Part shown: positions 9,842 to 18,377 of the stretch, piece after piece
Position numbering within the stretch: the stretch's first letter is position 1
How the letters are laid out: each line of letters starts with the position of its first letter
NCBI GenBank assembly: GCA_026984895.1
Contig: JALSRF010000503.1
Location: 1 to 27,323 of the forward strand
Reading direction: 5' to 3'
Length of the DNA stretch: 27,323 nucleotides
Origin: Paracoccaceae bacterium
Lineage (GTDB): Bacteria > Pseudomonadota > Alphaproteobacteria > Rhodobacterales > Rhodobacteraceae
Translations under genes and position numbers: made by a program
Notes under the pieces: model-generated
Told to the model about the DNA's origin: nothing
The model's database searches: none
The model's input: the letters and a program-made list of their open reading frames with translations, nothing else

Positions 9842-10765
9842 TCACGGCAGGCGCGGCGCATCGGGCGCGCAGCTTTTCGCCGGAATGTCCAGGCCCTCGG
9901 GCACATCGGTGCCGATGCAGATCAGTTCGCGTGCGCCCATCTTGCGGGCAAACCATGCCAGCAGCGTATCGGCATCCGCGGCCGGACGTTCCGGGCTGTC
10001 GAGCACCAGGCGCGCCGGCGCCCAGACCGAAATCTGCCCGTTCAGGAGCCCCCAGTCCAGTTCGGTCCGACTGTCCACCACCACGCAGCGCTGGTCGCGC
10101 CCGGCCAGCACCCAGGCATTCTGTTCGATGGCCAGCAGGTCGATCCTGCGCTGCACGGCCGGGATCGCAGAGCGCACAGGCAGGCTGTCAGGCGCACCGA
10201 CACACAAGATGACGGGTGTTCGGGCCTCTGCCAGTTCGTCGATCCAACGCGCCAGCCACCGGGACGCGATCGCCGCGTTGGACAGGAAGACAAGAACCGG
10301 GCGCGGCGCCGCCTGGGGCTGCGACGGCGCAAGCCGTTCGGCGCGCGACGCGCTGCGAACGATTTCGACCCCAAGCGCGCCGGGCCCGCGGTCCAGCTTC
10401 TGGATGCGCACGAAGACGCGCTCGGCCTGCGGTTCGTTCAGCAGACGCGCGGCAATACGCTCGGCCAGGGTTTCCAGCAGGTTCAGCCTTTCGGACGCAA
10501 GTTCGGCGGCGATGACCCGGGAAATGGTATCGTAGGAGAGCACCCGATCGACATCGTCCAGCAGCGGCTCTGCCGGCGGCTTGACCTCGACCACGACATC
10601 GAAGCTGAGGCGTTGCGTGGTCCCGCGCTCGATCTGGAAGGCGCCGATTTCGACCTCGACAACGTGATCACGCAGCGAAATCCGGTCCAGCGGATTGTCC
10701 CCGGCGCTGGCGCGGGCCCGGGCGCTGAGGCTGTCGAAGGCCAGGAGGGCGGCGTCGGTGCTCAT
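9842..10765 (-). CDS. folB: Dihydroneopterin aldolase fused to an about 150-aa C-terminal domain, 307 aa
   Basis: FolB motifs IGAFQIER, LSYD, LNLLETLAERIA, VRIQKL in the first ~140 aa. Lies directly upstream of folP. Confidence 0.85.
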   Translation of the reverse strand: MSTDAALLAFDSLSARARASAGDNPLDRISLRDHVVEVEIGAFQIERGTTQRLSFDVVVEVKPPAEPLLDDVDRVLSYDTISRVIAAELASERLNLLETLAERIAARLLNEPQAERVFVRIQKLDRGPGALGVEIVRSASRAERLAPSQPQAAPRPVLVFLSNAAIASRWLARWIDELAEARTPVILCVGAPDSLPVRSAIPAVQRRIDLLAIEQNAWVLAGRDQRCVVVDSRTELDWGLLNGQISVWAPARLVLDSPERPAADADTLLAWFARKMGARELICIGTDVPEGLDIPAKSCAPDAPRLP

Positions 10766-10893
10766 GAACGGGAATCCGGTTGTGGACTGACTGGCCGATC
10801 CATAGCGCAAACGCCCCCGGTTTTCCATGGCGCAGGCGTCGGCATGCGTGGTTCCCGCGGTCTTTTCGCGCCCGGCGAATGCAGGCGGCCGCG

Positions 10894-11589
10894 TCAGCGC
10901 AACTGGGCAGTTTCCAGAGGCAGGCGGTAGAAGAAATGCGCCCCGATGGCCGCGGTGCGTGAAAACTTGCGCGCCCAGCGCGGACGCACCGAACGGGCGT
11001 GATAGTAGGTGGCACCGCCGGTCAGGTCGCGTTTCTTGCCGTCAAGCACGATGCGCGCCACCTTGCCGACCTCTTCCCAGGCCACGCGATCGGTAATGGT
11101 TTCCTTGCGCCCGTCGCAACGATAGGTGAACTGGCATTGGAAACGCCGCCCCGTGCCCTGGTTGATCACCGCGCATACGGTGTCGGGAAACTTCGGGCTG
11201 TCGACGCGATTCAGAACCACCTCGGCCACCGCAAACTGGCCCTTGACGGATTCTCCGCGGGCCTCGAAATACAGCGCTTCGCTGAGGCAGCGCCAGCTTT
11301 TCCCCCCCTTGGCCACGGGCAGGCTGCCCAGATATTCCCGGCTGTAGGAGAACCGCGGCGCGCGCCGGGCAAAAAGCCCGCCGGTGGGGCGCGACTGCAG
11401 CCGCTTCACCCGCGCCGGGCTGACGGCCTCCATGGCCTGGTGTTCATTGCCGAACAAGGCCCCGAGTTCGGCATCCAGGATGGCGGCAGGCGCGTTGGAC
11501 TGGCTGAGCGACACGTCCGCCCGTGCGCCGGCAGCGCTCGCCAGAAGCGCCACGACCAGCAACAGCCTCGCAAGACGCGGGTGCAACAT
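10894..11589 (-). CDS. SleB/CwlJ-family cell wall hydrolase (lytic transglycosylase-like) with signal peptide, 231 aa
   Basis: Signal peptide LLLVVALLASAAGARA, CLSEALYFEARGE (catalytic Glu), QFAVAEVVLNRV, CQF, GATYYHA. Confidence 0.92.
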   Translation of the reverse strand: MLHPRLARLLLVVALLASAAGARADVSLSQSNAPAAILDAELGALFGNEHQAMEAVSPARVKRLQSRPTGGLFARRAPRFSYSREYLGSLPVAKGGKSWRCLSEALYFEARGESVKGQFAVAEVVLNRVDSPKFPDTVCAVINQGTGRRFQCQFTYRCDGRKETITDRVAWEEVGKVARIVLDGKKRDLTGGATYYHARSVRPRWARKFSRTAAIGAHFFYRLPLETAQLR

Positions 11590-11806
11590 TCCCCCTCCAG
11601 GTTTCCAGATGCCGGCTTCGGGCCGGCGGCAGACTCCAGCCCAATTAGGTCAAAACCTCGCGCACGTCGAGTCACGCCGCCGTGCGCACGGCCCCCACGT
11701 TGCAGGCCGACAACATCCGTTTCACCGAAAATTCCGCGAAAATTCGCCGATTCCCGATGATTTTCAACGAAATTTTCGCGGTCCTGGTCCTGCCCTCTGT
11801 TTCCGG

Positions 11807-14353
11807 TCACGAAACGCTATTTTTCAGCGTCCAGTGGGCCGCCGCCAGCCGTGCGACGGGGACCCGGTAGGGGGAACACGACACATAGTCGAAGCCCAGC
11901 GCCCGACAAAAGGCGATGGATTCGGGATTGCCGCCGTGTTCGCCGCACATGGCAAGCGTGATGTCGGGGCGGGTCGCGCGGGCGCGCTCGGCGCCGAGTT
12001 CCATCAATTCCCCGACCCCTTCGGCATCGAGAATGTGAAACGGGTCCTCGGGATAGACCCCTTGCGCCACGTAGTCCCCCATGAAGCGGCCGGCATCGTC
12101 GCGCGACAGCCCGTAGGTCATCTGGGTCAGGTCGTTGGTGCCGAAAGACAGGAAGGCGGCATGCTGGGCAATGTCGTTGGCGCGCAGCGCGGCGCGCGGG
12201 GTTTCGGCCATGACGCCAAGCCGGTAGTCGAATGCCTCTGCGCGTTCGTTGCGCACCGCCGCGGCAACCGCATCCACGCGCGACTTCACGATTTCCACCT
12301 CCTTGCGCGCCGAAACCAGCGGGATCATGATCTCGGGCACGACCGGGGCGCCCTCGCGGCTGGCCTCGATGGTGGCCTCGAATATGGCACGCGCCTGCAT
12401 GTCGTAGATTTCCGGCACGGTAATGCCAAGCCGGACGCCGCGCATCCCCAGCATGGGGTTGAATTCGCGCAACGCCTCGATGCGGCGCATGACCCGCGAA
12501 AGCGGCATCGCCAGCGCCTCGGCCAGTTCGCGCATGCCCGAACGTCCGGTGGGCAGGAACTCGTGCAGCGGCGGGTCAAACAGGCGGATGCACACCGGCT
12601 GGCCCTGCATGATCTCGAACAGTTCGACGAAATCGTTGCGCTGCATCGGCAGCAGCCGTTCGAGCGCGGCGGCGCGGTCGTCCGGGTCGTCGGTGAAGAT
12701 CATCTCGCGCATCACGGTCAGCCGGTCGTGTTCGAAGAACATGTGCTCGGTGCGACACAGCCCGATGCCCTGGGCATCGAAACGACGCGCCACCTGCGCA
12801 TCCGCCGGCGTGTCGGCGTTGGCGCGGATTTCCATGTCGCTTGCCGCCTCGGCCCAGCCCATCAGCACCTGGAAGGCTTCGCCCAGCCCCGGCGCCAGCA
12901 TCGCCGCCTGCCCGCACAGCGCTTCTCCGGCGGTGCCGTCGAGGGTGATCACATCGCCCTCCCGGAACAGGCGCCCGTCGGGGGCGCGCATCGTCTTTTC
13001 CTTCGCGTTCAGCTGCATGTCGCCGGCCCCGACGACACAGGGCAGCCCGAGGCCGCGCGCGATCACTGCCGCATGGCTGGTCACGCCGCCGCGCTCGGTC
13101 AGCACCCCGGCGGCCGCATGCATGCCGCGCACATCCTCGGGGCGGGTTTCGCGGCGCACGAGGATGCAGGGCTCGGCCCGCGCGGCGCTGGCCTGGGCGG
13201 CGGCCGAGGAAAACACGATGCGCCCGACCGCCGCCCCCGGGCTGGCGGGAATCCCGGTCACGAAGATGTCGCGCGGGTCAGCGGGATCCACCTGCGGGTG
13301 CAACAGTTCGCTCAGGGAGCGCGGCTCGATGCGCTGCACGGCCTCGTTTTCGGTAATGATCCCGTCGTTGGCCAGCGCGACGGCGATTTCCAGCGCCGCA
13401 CGCGGCGTCCGGTTCACGCGCACCGCATCCAGCACGTGCAGCGTGCCGTTTTCCACGGTGAATTCGATCTGCATTTCCTCGCGCAGGCGGGCGCGGCAGA
13501 TTTCGCCGTAGGAGACCAGCCGCTGGAAAAGCTCGGGGCATTTCACCTCCAGCGAGGCGCCGCGCTCGTCCCGGGTGAGAAAGAGCGCGCCCGTTGTCGC
13601 GCGCAGCGCATCGCGCCCCTGGCTCTGCCCCAGATAACGCCCGGTCACCTGTGCCTTGCCGGTGGTCGGGTCGACGAACTGGATCACCCCGGCACCGCTT
13701 TCCCCGGGGCCAACCCCAAGCACCATCTGCTGCACCACCAGCCCGAGCCCCGCTTCGGCCGGTGCGCCGCGGGCCTGGCGCAGGAGCCGCGCGCTCGTGC
13801 CTTCCCAGGCCCGGGCCATCGAGCGCAGCACCTCGGCAAGCTGCTCCTCCGGGTCCTGGGGGAAATATTCCTCGGTCTGCGCCTCGTAGGCCTCCAGCGC
13901 CGCGCGCAGCGCATCGCCCCCCAGCCCCTGGTCGATTTCGAACATTTCCGGATCGAGGCGCGCCACGTTGATGGCGAAGGATTGCACGAACCGAAGATAA
14001 AGCGCATTGGCCGCCTCTTCGCCAAGGCTGTCGACCAGCTCGCCGTGGCGGGCATCGTTCATGCCGATGTTCAGGATCGCCCCCGGCCCGCCCCAGTCGG
14101 GGTCTTCGCTGGACGGGCGCACCGAAACCAGCGGTCGGTCGCCGAACACCGACAGCAGGGCCCGCAGATCCGGCAACTCGCCCGCGGCAATCCGGTGCAC
14201 GGTGTCAAAGGACAGGGCCACGGTTTCGGGAACCGGCAGGTCAAGCCGGATCAACCGCTGCAGGCACTTTGCCCGCCCGCCGTGGGTTTCGGCTGAGATC
14301 GGCGCCACGCGTCGAACACGGGTGAACCCACTTAATGCCATTGCTTTCTGCAT
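11807..14353 (-). CDS. ppdK: Pyruvate phosphate dikinase-like PEP-utilising protein with divergent nucleotide-binding domain, 848 aa
   Basis: GGVTSHAAV (phospho-His), GIGLCRTEHMFF, SFGTNDLTQ, CGEHGG, VSCSPYRVPVARLAAA. It follows glyS, as ppdK commonly does in alphaproteobacteria. N-terminal motifs are altered (see findings). Confidence 0.85.
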   Translation of the reverse strand: MQKAMALSGFTRVRRVAPISAETHGGRAKCLQRLIRLDLPVPETVALSFDTVHRIAAGELPDLRALLSVFGDRPLVSVRPSSEDPDWGGPGAILNIGMNDARHGELVDSLGEEAANALYLRFVQSFAINVARLDPEMFEIDQGLGGDALRAALEAYEAQTEEYFPQDPEEQLAEVLRSMARAWEGTSARLLRQARGAPAEAGLGLVVQQMVLGVGPGESGAGVIQFVDPTTGKAQVTGRYLGQSQGRDALRATTGALFLTRDERGASLEVKCPELFQRLVSYGEICRARLREEMQIEFTVENGTLHVLDAVRVNRTPRAALEIAVALANDGIITENEAVQRIEPRSLSELLHPQVDPADPRDIFVTGIPASPGAAVGRIVFSSAAAQASAARAEPCILVRRETRPEDVRGMHAAAGVLTERGGVTSHAAVIARGLGLPCVVGAGDMQLNAKEKTMRAPDGRLFREGDVITLDGTAGEALCGQAAMLAPGLGEAFQVLMGWAEAASDMEIRANADTPADAQVARRFDAQGIGLCRTEHMFFEHDRLTVMREMIFTDDPDDRAAALERLLPMQRNDFVELFEIMQGQPVCIRLFDPPLHEFLPTGRSGMRELAEALAMPLSRVMRRIEALREFNPMLGMRGVRLGITVPEIYDMQARAIFEATIEASREGAPVVPEIMIPLVSARKEVEIVKSRVDAVAAAVRNERAEAFDYRLGVMAETPRAALRANDIAQHAAFLSFGTNDLTQMTYGLSRDDAGRFMGDYVAQGVYPEDPFHILDAEGVGELMELGAERARATRPDITLAMCGEHGGNPESIAFCRALGFDYVSCSPYRVPVARLAAAHWTLKNSVS

Positions 14354-14494
14354 CGCAGCGCTCCGTGACTTGCGCCCGCAGCATAGCGCCGCGCCGATTC
14401 GACGCAACCTTGGTGTCGGCGGAGCCGGTTCGTGCCATCACCGCCGCCCGATCGGCGGCCGCCGCCCCGTGGCCGGCCCCGCCGCGGCGCGCGT

Positions 14495-16663
14495 TCAGCC
14501 CTCGATTCGGCGCAGATCGGCCACCCCGAGGCACAGGTCGCGGATCGAAGACAGCATGTTCAGCCGGTTGCGGCGGATCACATCGTTTTCGTCATTCACC
14601 TGCACCGCTTCGAAAAACCCGTCGATGGCCACGCGCAGGGAGGCCAGCGAAGCCATGGCCGACGCGAAATCTTCGGCGTCGATCGCCGAAGAGATCGCCC
14701 CTCCCTCCTGCGAAAGCGCGCGAAACAGCGCCTTTTCCTGCGGCGCACGCAGGAATTTTTCTTCCGCGCCGTAGGAATATTCCACCCCGTCGCGCGCCTC
14801 GGCCTGTTCCAGGATGTTGTTGGCGCGCCGGAACCCCTGCAACAGGTTCGCCCCGTCCTCGGTTTCCAGGAAATCCGACAGCGCGCGCGCGCGGCGCACA
14901 AGCAGGCTCAGGTCATCGTTGCCGGGCATGGACAGACAGGCGTCGATCACATCGTGGCGAATGCCCCGGTCGCGCAGATGCACCTTCAGCCGGTCATGGA
15001 AGAATGCCAGCAGATCGTCGCCGGGGTCCTGCCGGGGCACGGCCTTTCCGTCGGGCTTTTCGCCCGTATCCGCCTTGCAGGCGTCGGTTTCGCCAGCCCG
15101 CTTGCCGGCCGCCGCCTTGCCGGCCGCCTGTTCGTCCAGCCCGTTCAGCGCCGCCCGGAACGCCTCCAGCAGCGGCAGGCGCAGATCGTTGTCCAGCACC
15201 AGCCGGATCACCCCGAGAGCGGCCCGCCGCAGCGCGAAGGGATCCTTGCTGCCGGTGGGTTTCTCGCCGATGGCCCAGAACCCGGCGAGCATGTCGATCT
15301 TGTCCGCCAGCCCCACCGCCACCGAGACCGGCGCCCGCGGCACCGCATCCGACGGCCCAAGCGGCGCATAGTGCTCTTCGCAGGCGGCAGCCACCTCGGC
15401 CCGAAGGCCCGCGGCCGTGGCGTAGCAGCGCCCCATGGTGCCCTGAAGTTCGGGGAATTCGTAGACCATTTCCGAGGCAAGATCGGCCTTGGCAACGCGC
15501 GCCGCTTCGCGCGCCAGCGCCGCATCGGCCCCGGTCGCCGGCGCCAGTTCGCCCGCCAGCCGTTCCAGCCGCGCAACGCGCTCCTTCTGGCTGCCGAGCC
15601 GGTTGTGGAAGGTCACATGGGCCAGCGCGTCCAGCCAGCTGGCCATGCCCGCCCGGGCCACGCGCAGATCGTTTTCCCAGAAGAACCGGGCATCGGCCAG
15701 CCGGGCGGCCAGAACCTTGCGGTTGCCGGCAAGGATGGCGGCGCCGTCATCGGCGGTTTCGCGGTTGGCAACGGTAACGAAACGCACGATCTGCCCGGAT
15801 TTCGGATCCTTCACGGAAAAGAACTTCTGGTGTTCGCGCATCGAGGTCTGCAGCACCTCCGGGGGCAGGCCCAGAAAATCGCTCTCGATCTCGCCCATCA
15901 GCACCACCGGCCATTCCACAAGCCCGGCGACCTCGGCCAGAAGCGCGGCATCCTCCACCAGTTCCAGCCCCTGGGCAAAGGCGGCGGTGGTGGCGTCGTG
16001 GCGAATGGCCTCTGCCCGCTCGGCCGCATCGAGGCGCACGAAGGCGCGCTTCAGCCGGGTGGCGTAGTCCTGAAAACCGGTCACCGAAAAGCGTCCCGGC
16101 GCCATGAACCGGTGCCCGGCGGTGCTGTCTCCGGCCTTGATGCCGTCGATGTCCAGCGCCACCACCCGCGCGCCGGCCTCATCCGACAGCAGGCACAGGA
16201 TCGAATGCAGCGGGCGGACCCATTTCAGCGTCCCGCCCCCCCAGCGCATGGACCTGGGCCAGGGGAAGTTGCGCACCGTGCACTCCAGCACCTCGGCGAC
16301 GATTTCGCCAGCCGGGCGGCCGGCATGCTCGATCACCGCGAACAGCACGTCGCCCTTTGCGGTGGCGCGGGTTTCAAGCTGCGCGCGGCGCATCCCGGTT
16401 GCGCGCAGGAACCCTTCGATCGCCTTTTGCGGCGCGTCGGCCCGCGGGCCCCGGCGCTCTTCGCGGCGCAGCGGGCTCTTGCCCGGCAGCCCCTCGACAT
16501 GCAGCGCCAGCCGGCGCGGCGTGACGAAAGCCCGCGCGCCGGAGCAGCGCAGCCCCGCCTCTGCCAGCCCGTCTGTCACCAGCCGCTTGAGATCGGCGCC
16601 GGCACGCGCCTGCATGCGCGCCGGAATTTCCTCGGAAAACAGTTCGATCAGAAGATCGGCCAT
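14495..16663 (-). CDS. glyS: Glycine-tRNA ligase beta subunit, 722 aa
   Basis: DLLIELFSEEIPARMQ, TPRRL, FPWPRSMRW, WVRPLHSI, EFPELQG, GSKDPFALRR, RRNRLNML. TGATG overlap with the upstream small ORF. Confidence 0.98.
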   Translation of the reverse strand: MADLLIELFSEEIPARMQARAGADLKRLVTDGLAEAGLRCSGARAFVTPRRLALHVEGLPGKSPLRREERRGPRADAPQKAIEGFLRATGMRRAQLETRATAKGDVLFAVIEHAGRPAGEIVAEVLECTVRNFPWPRSMRWGGGTLKWVRPLHSILCLLSDEAGARVVALDIDGIKAGDSTAGHRFMAPGRFSVTGFQDYATRLKRAFVRLDAAERAEAIRHDATTAAFAQGLELVEDAALLAEVAGLVEWPVVLMGEIESDFLGLPPEVLQTSMREHQKFFSVKDPKSGQIVRFVTVANRETADDGAAILAGNRKVLAARLADARFFWENDLRVARAGMASWLDALAHVTFHNRLGSQKERVARLERLAGELAPATGADAALAREAARVAKADLASEMVYEFPELQGTMGRCYATAAGLRAEVAAACEEHYAPLGPSDAVPRAPVSVAVGLADKIDMLAGFWAIGEKPTGSKDPFALRRAALGVIRLVLDNDLRLPLLEAFRAALNGLDEQAAGKAAAGKRAGETDACKADTGEKPDGKAVPRQDPGDDLLAFFHDRLKVHLRDRGIRHDVIDACLSMPGNDDLSLLVRRARALSDFLETEDGANLLQGFRRANNILEQAEARDGVEYSYGAEEKFLRAPQEKALFRALSQEGGAISSAIDAEDFASAMASLASLRVAIDGFFEAVQVNDENDVIRRNRLNMLSSIRDLCLGVADLRRIEG

Positions 16664-17187
16664 CACTTCTTCCTTTCGGGCGGAGGCGGGCAGCCTTCGG
16701 GGGCGGGCTGGCCGTCATAGACCACCTCGCCGCAATGGTTCAACTGGTGCCAGGCATAGGCGCGTCCGTCGTCGTAGACCGCGATCACCTGATCGATGCC
16801 GTAGGTCACGTTGGCCTCGCCGAGAAAGGCCAGCGCCTTGCCGCTTTCCAGGTCGGCGCCGATCCGGGCGGCGTCGAAACAGTCGAACCAGCCCGGCCCG
16901 ATCAGCGGCCGGGCGTTTTCGTAGGGCGTGTAGGTTTCGGTCATCATCGCAAGGCTCTGCGGAGTCCTGAAACAGGCCCGAAAGCGCAGCGGCGAACTGT
17001 TGGCGTCGATGCCCCGGAAATCCTCGGTCAGGATCGGCTCGGCCCGGTCCTGGCCCAGCGGGGTCATGCGCATCACGGTATCGGCCGGCAGATCGAAGAA
17101 ATAGGCGTAGACCTGCAGATAGTAGATGGCCCCGCCGGCAAGCAGCGCGGAACCGACGATGATCGACACGAGAACCTTCCCCATCAT
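16663..17187 (-). CDS. Conserved hypothetical membrane-anchored protein (resembles the DUF6446 family), 174 aa
   Basis: 3' part of ORF 16663..17487 from MMGKVLV. One N-terminal TM segment, four Cys, ATGA overlap with glyQ and TGATG overlap with glyS. The DUF label is from memory. Confidence 0.75.
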   Translation of the reverse strand: MMGKVLVSIIVGSALLAGGAIYYLQVYAYFFDLPADTVMRMTPLGQDRAEPILTEDFRGIDANSSPLRFRACFRTPQSLAMMTETYTPYENARPLIGPGWFDCFDAARIGADLESGKALAFLGEANVTYGIDQVIAVYDDGRAYAWHQLNHCGEVVYDGQPAPEGCPPPPERKK

Positions 17188-18182
17188 GCGCCCTGCCCGT
17201 CGCCGGCACGGTTGCCGGAGGGCGCCGGGCCGGAGGGCGCGGGGCCGGCATCCGGTTCCTCGGACAGCGCGGTTTCGGATTGCAGCCAGGCGCCCGCACA
17301 GGCCCGTGCCAGCGCGCGCACCCGCCCGATATAGGCCTGGCGCTCGGTCACCGAGATCACCCCGCGCGCATCCAGCAGGTTGAACAGGTGGCTGGCCTTG
17401 ATGCACTGGTCGTAGGCCGGCAGCGCCATGACGATGCGCCGGCCGGTTTTCGGATCCTCTTCGGGGGCGGCCAGGATGCGCTGACACTCGGCCTCGGCAT
17501 CCTCGAAATGGCGCAGCAGCATCGCCGTGTCCGCCACATCGAAGTTCCAGCGCGAATACTGTTCTTCCGCCTGGCGGAAGACGTCGCCGTATTTCAGCGG
17601 GATCGGCGCATCGGGGTCGTTGAACGGCATCGCCATCACATGGTCCACCCCCAGCACATACATCGCCAGCCGTTCCAGCCCGTAGGTCAGCTCGCCCGAA
17701 ACCGGGTGGCAGTCATGGCCGCCGACCTGCTGGAAATAGGTGAACTGGCTGACTTCCATGCCGTCGCACCAGACCTCCCAGCCCAGGCCCCAGGCGCCCA
17801 GGGTCGGGCTTTCCCAGTCGTCCTCGACAAAACGGATGTCGTGCATCTCCATGTCGATGCCGATCGCCTGGAGGCTGCCCAGATACAGTGCCTGAAAATC
17901 CGGCGGGCTTGGCTTCAGGATCACCTGATACTGGTAATAGTGCTGCAGGCGGTTCGGATTTTCGCCATAGCGCCCGTCGGTGGGCCGGCGCGAGGGCTGG
18001 ACGAAGGCGGCCGCCCAGGGGCGCGGTCCCAGCGCGCGCAGCGTCGTCGCCGGATGAAACGTGCCCGCGCCCACCTCCATGTCATAGGGCTGCAGCACGG
18101 CACAGCCCTGCCCGGCCCAATAGGCCTGCAGCCGCAGGATGACCTCCTGGAACGAACGCGGTCTGGCGGGTCTGGCGGCCAT
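17184..18182 (-). CDS. glyQ: Glycine-tRNA ligase alpha subunit, 332 aa
   Basis: [64 protein letters not shown]. Confidence 0.99.
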   Translation of the reverse strand: MAARPARPRSFQEVILRLQAYWAGQGCAVLQPYDMEVGAGTFHPATTLRALGPRPWAAAFVQPSRRPTDGRYGENPNRLQHYYQYQVILKPSPPDFQALYLGSLQAIGIDMEMHDIRFVEDDWESPTLGAWGLGWEVWCDGMEVSQFTYFQQVGGHDCHPVSGELTYGLERLAMYVLGVDHVMAMPFNDPDAPIPLKYGDVFRQAEEQYSRWNFDVADTAMLLRHFEDAEAECQRILAAPEEDPKTGRRIVMALPAYDQCIKASHLFNLLDARGVISVTERQAYIGRVRALARACAGAWLQSETALSEEPDAGPAPSGPAPSGNRAGDGQGA

Positions 18183-18377
18183 CGTGATCCCTTTGCAGCG
18201 ATACCTTCGGAAACTCCGCGCCCTCAATAGGCAGCGTTGCCGGCAGGGTCAATTGCGGCCGTGCCGATCGCGCGCCCGGTTGCCCCGGTTGCAACGGAAA
18301 CTGGCCCCGTGCATACCGCGCGACGGGCCGCTATGGTCCGGCACGAGAATCAGGGAACCGGGAGCGGATGACAGTTC

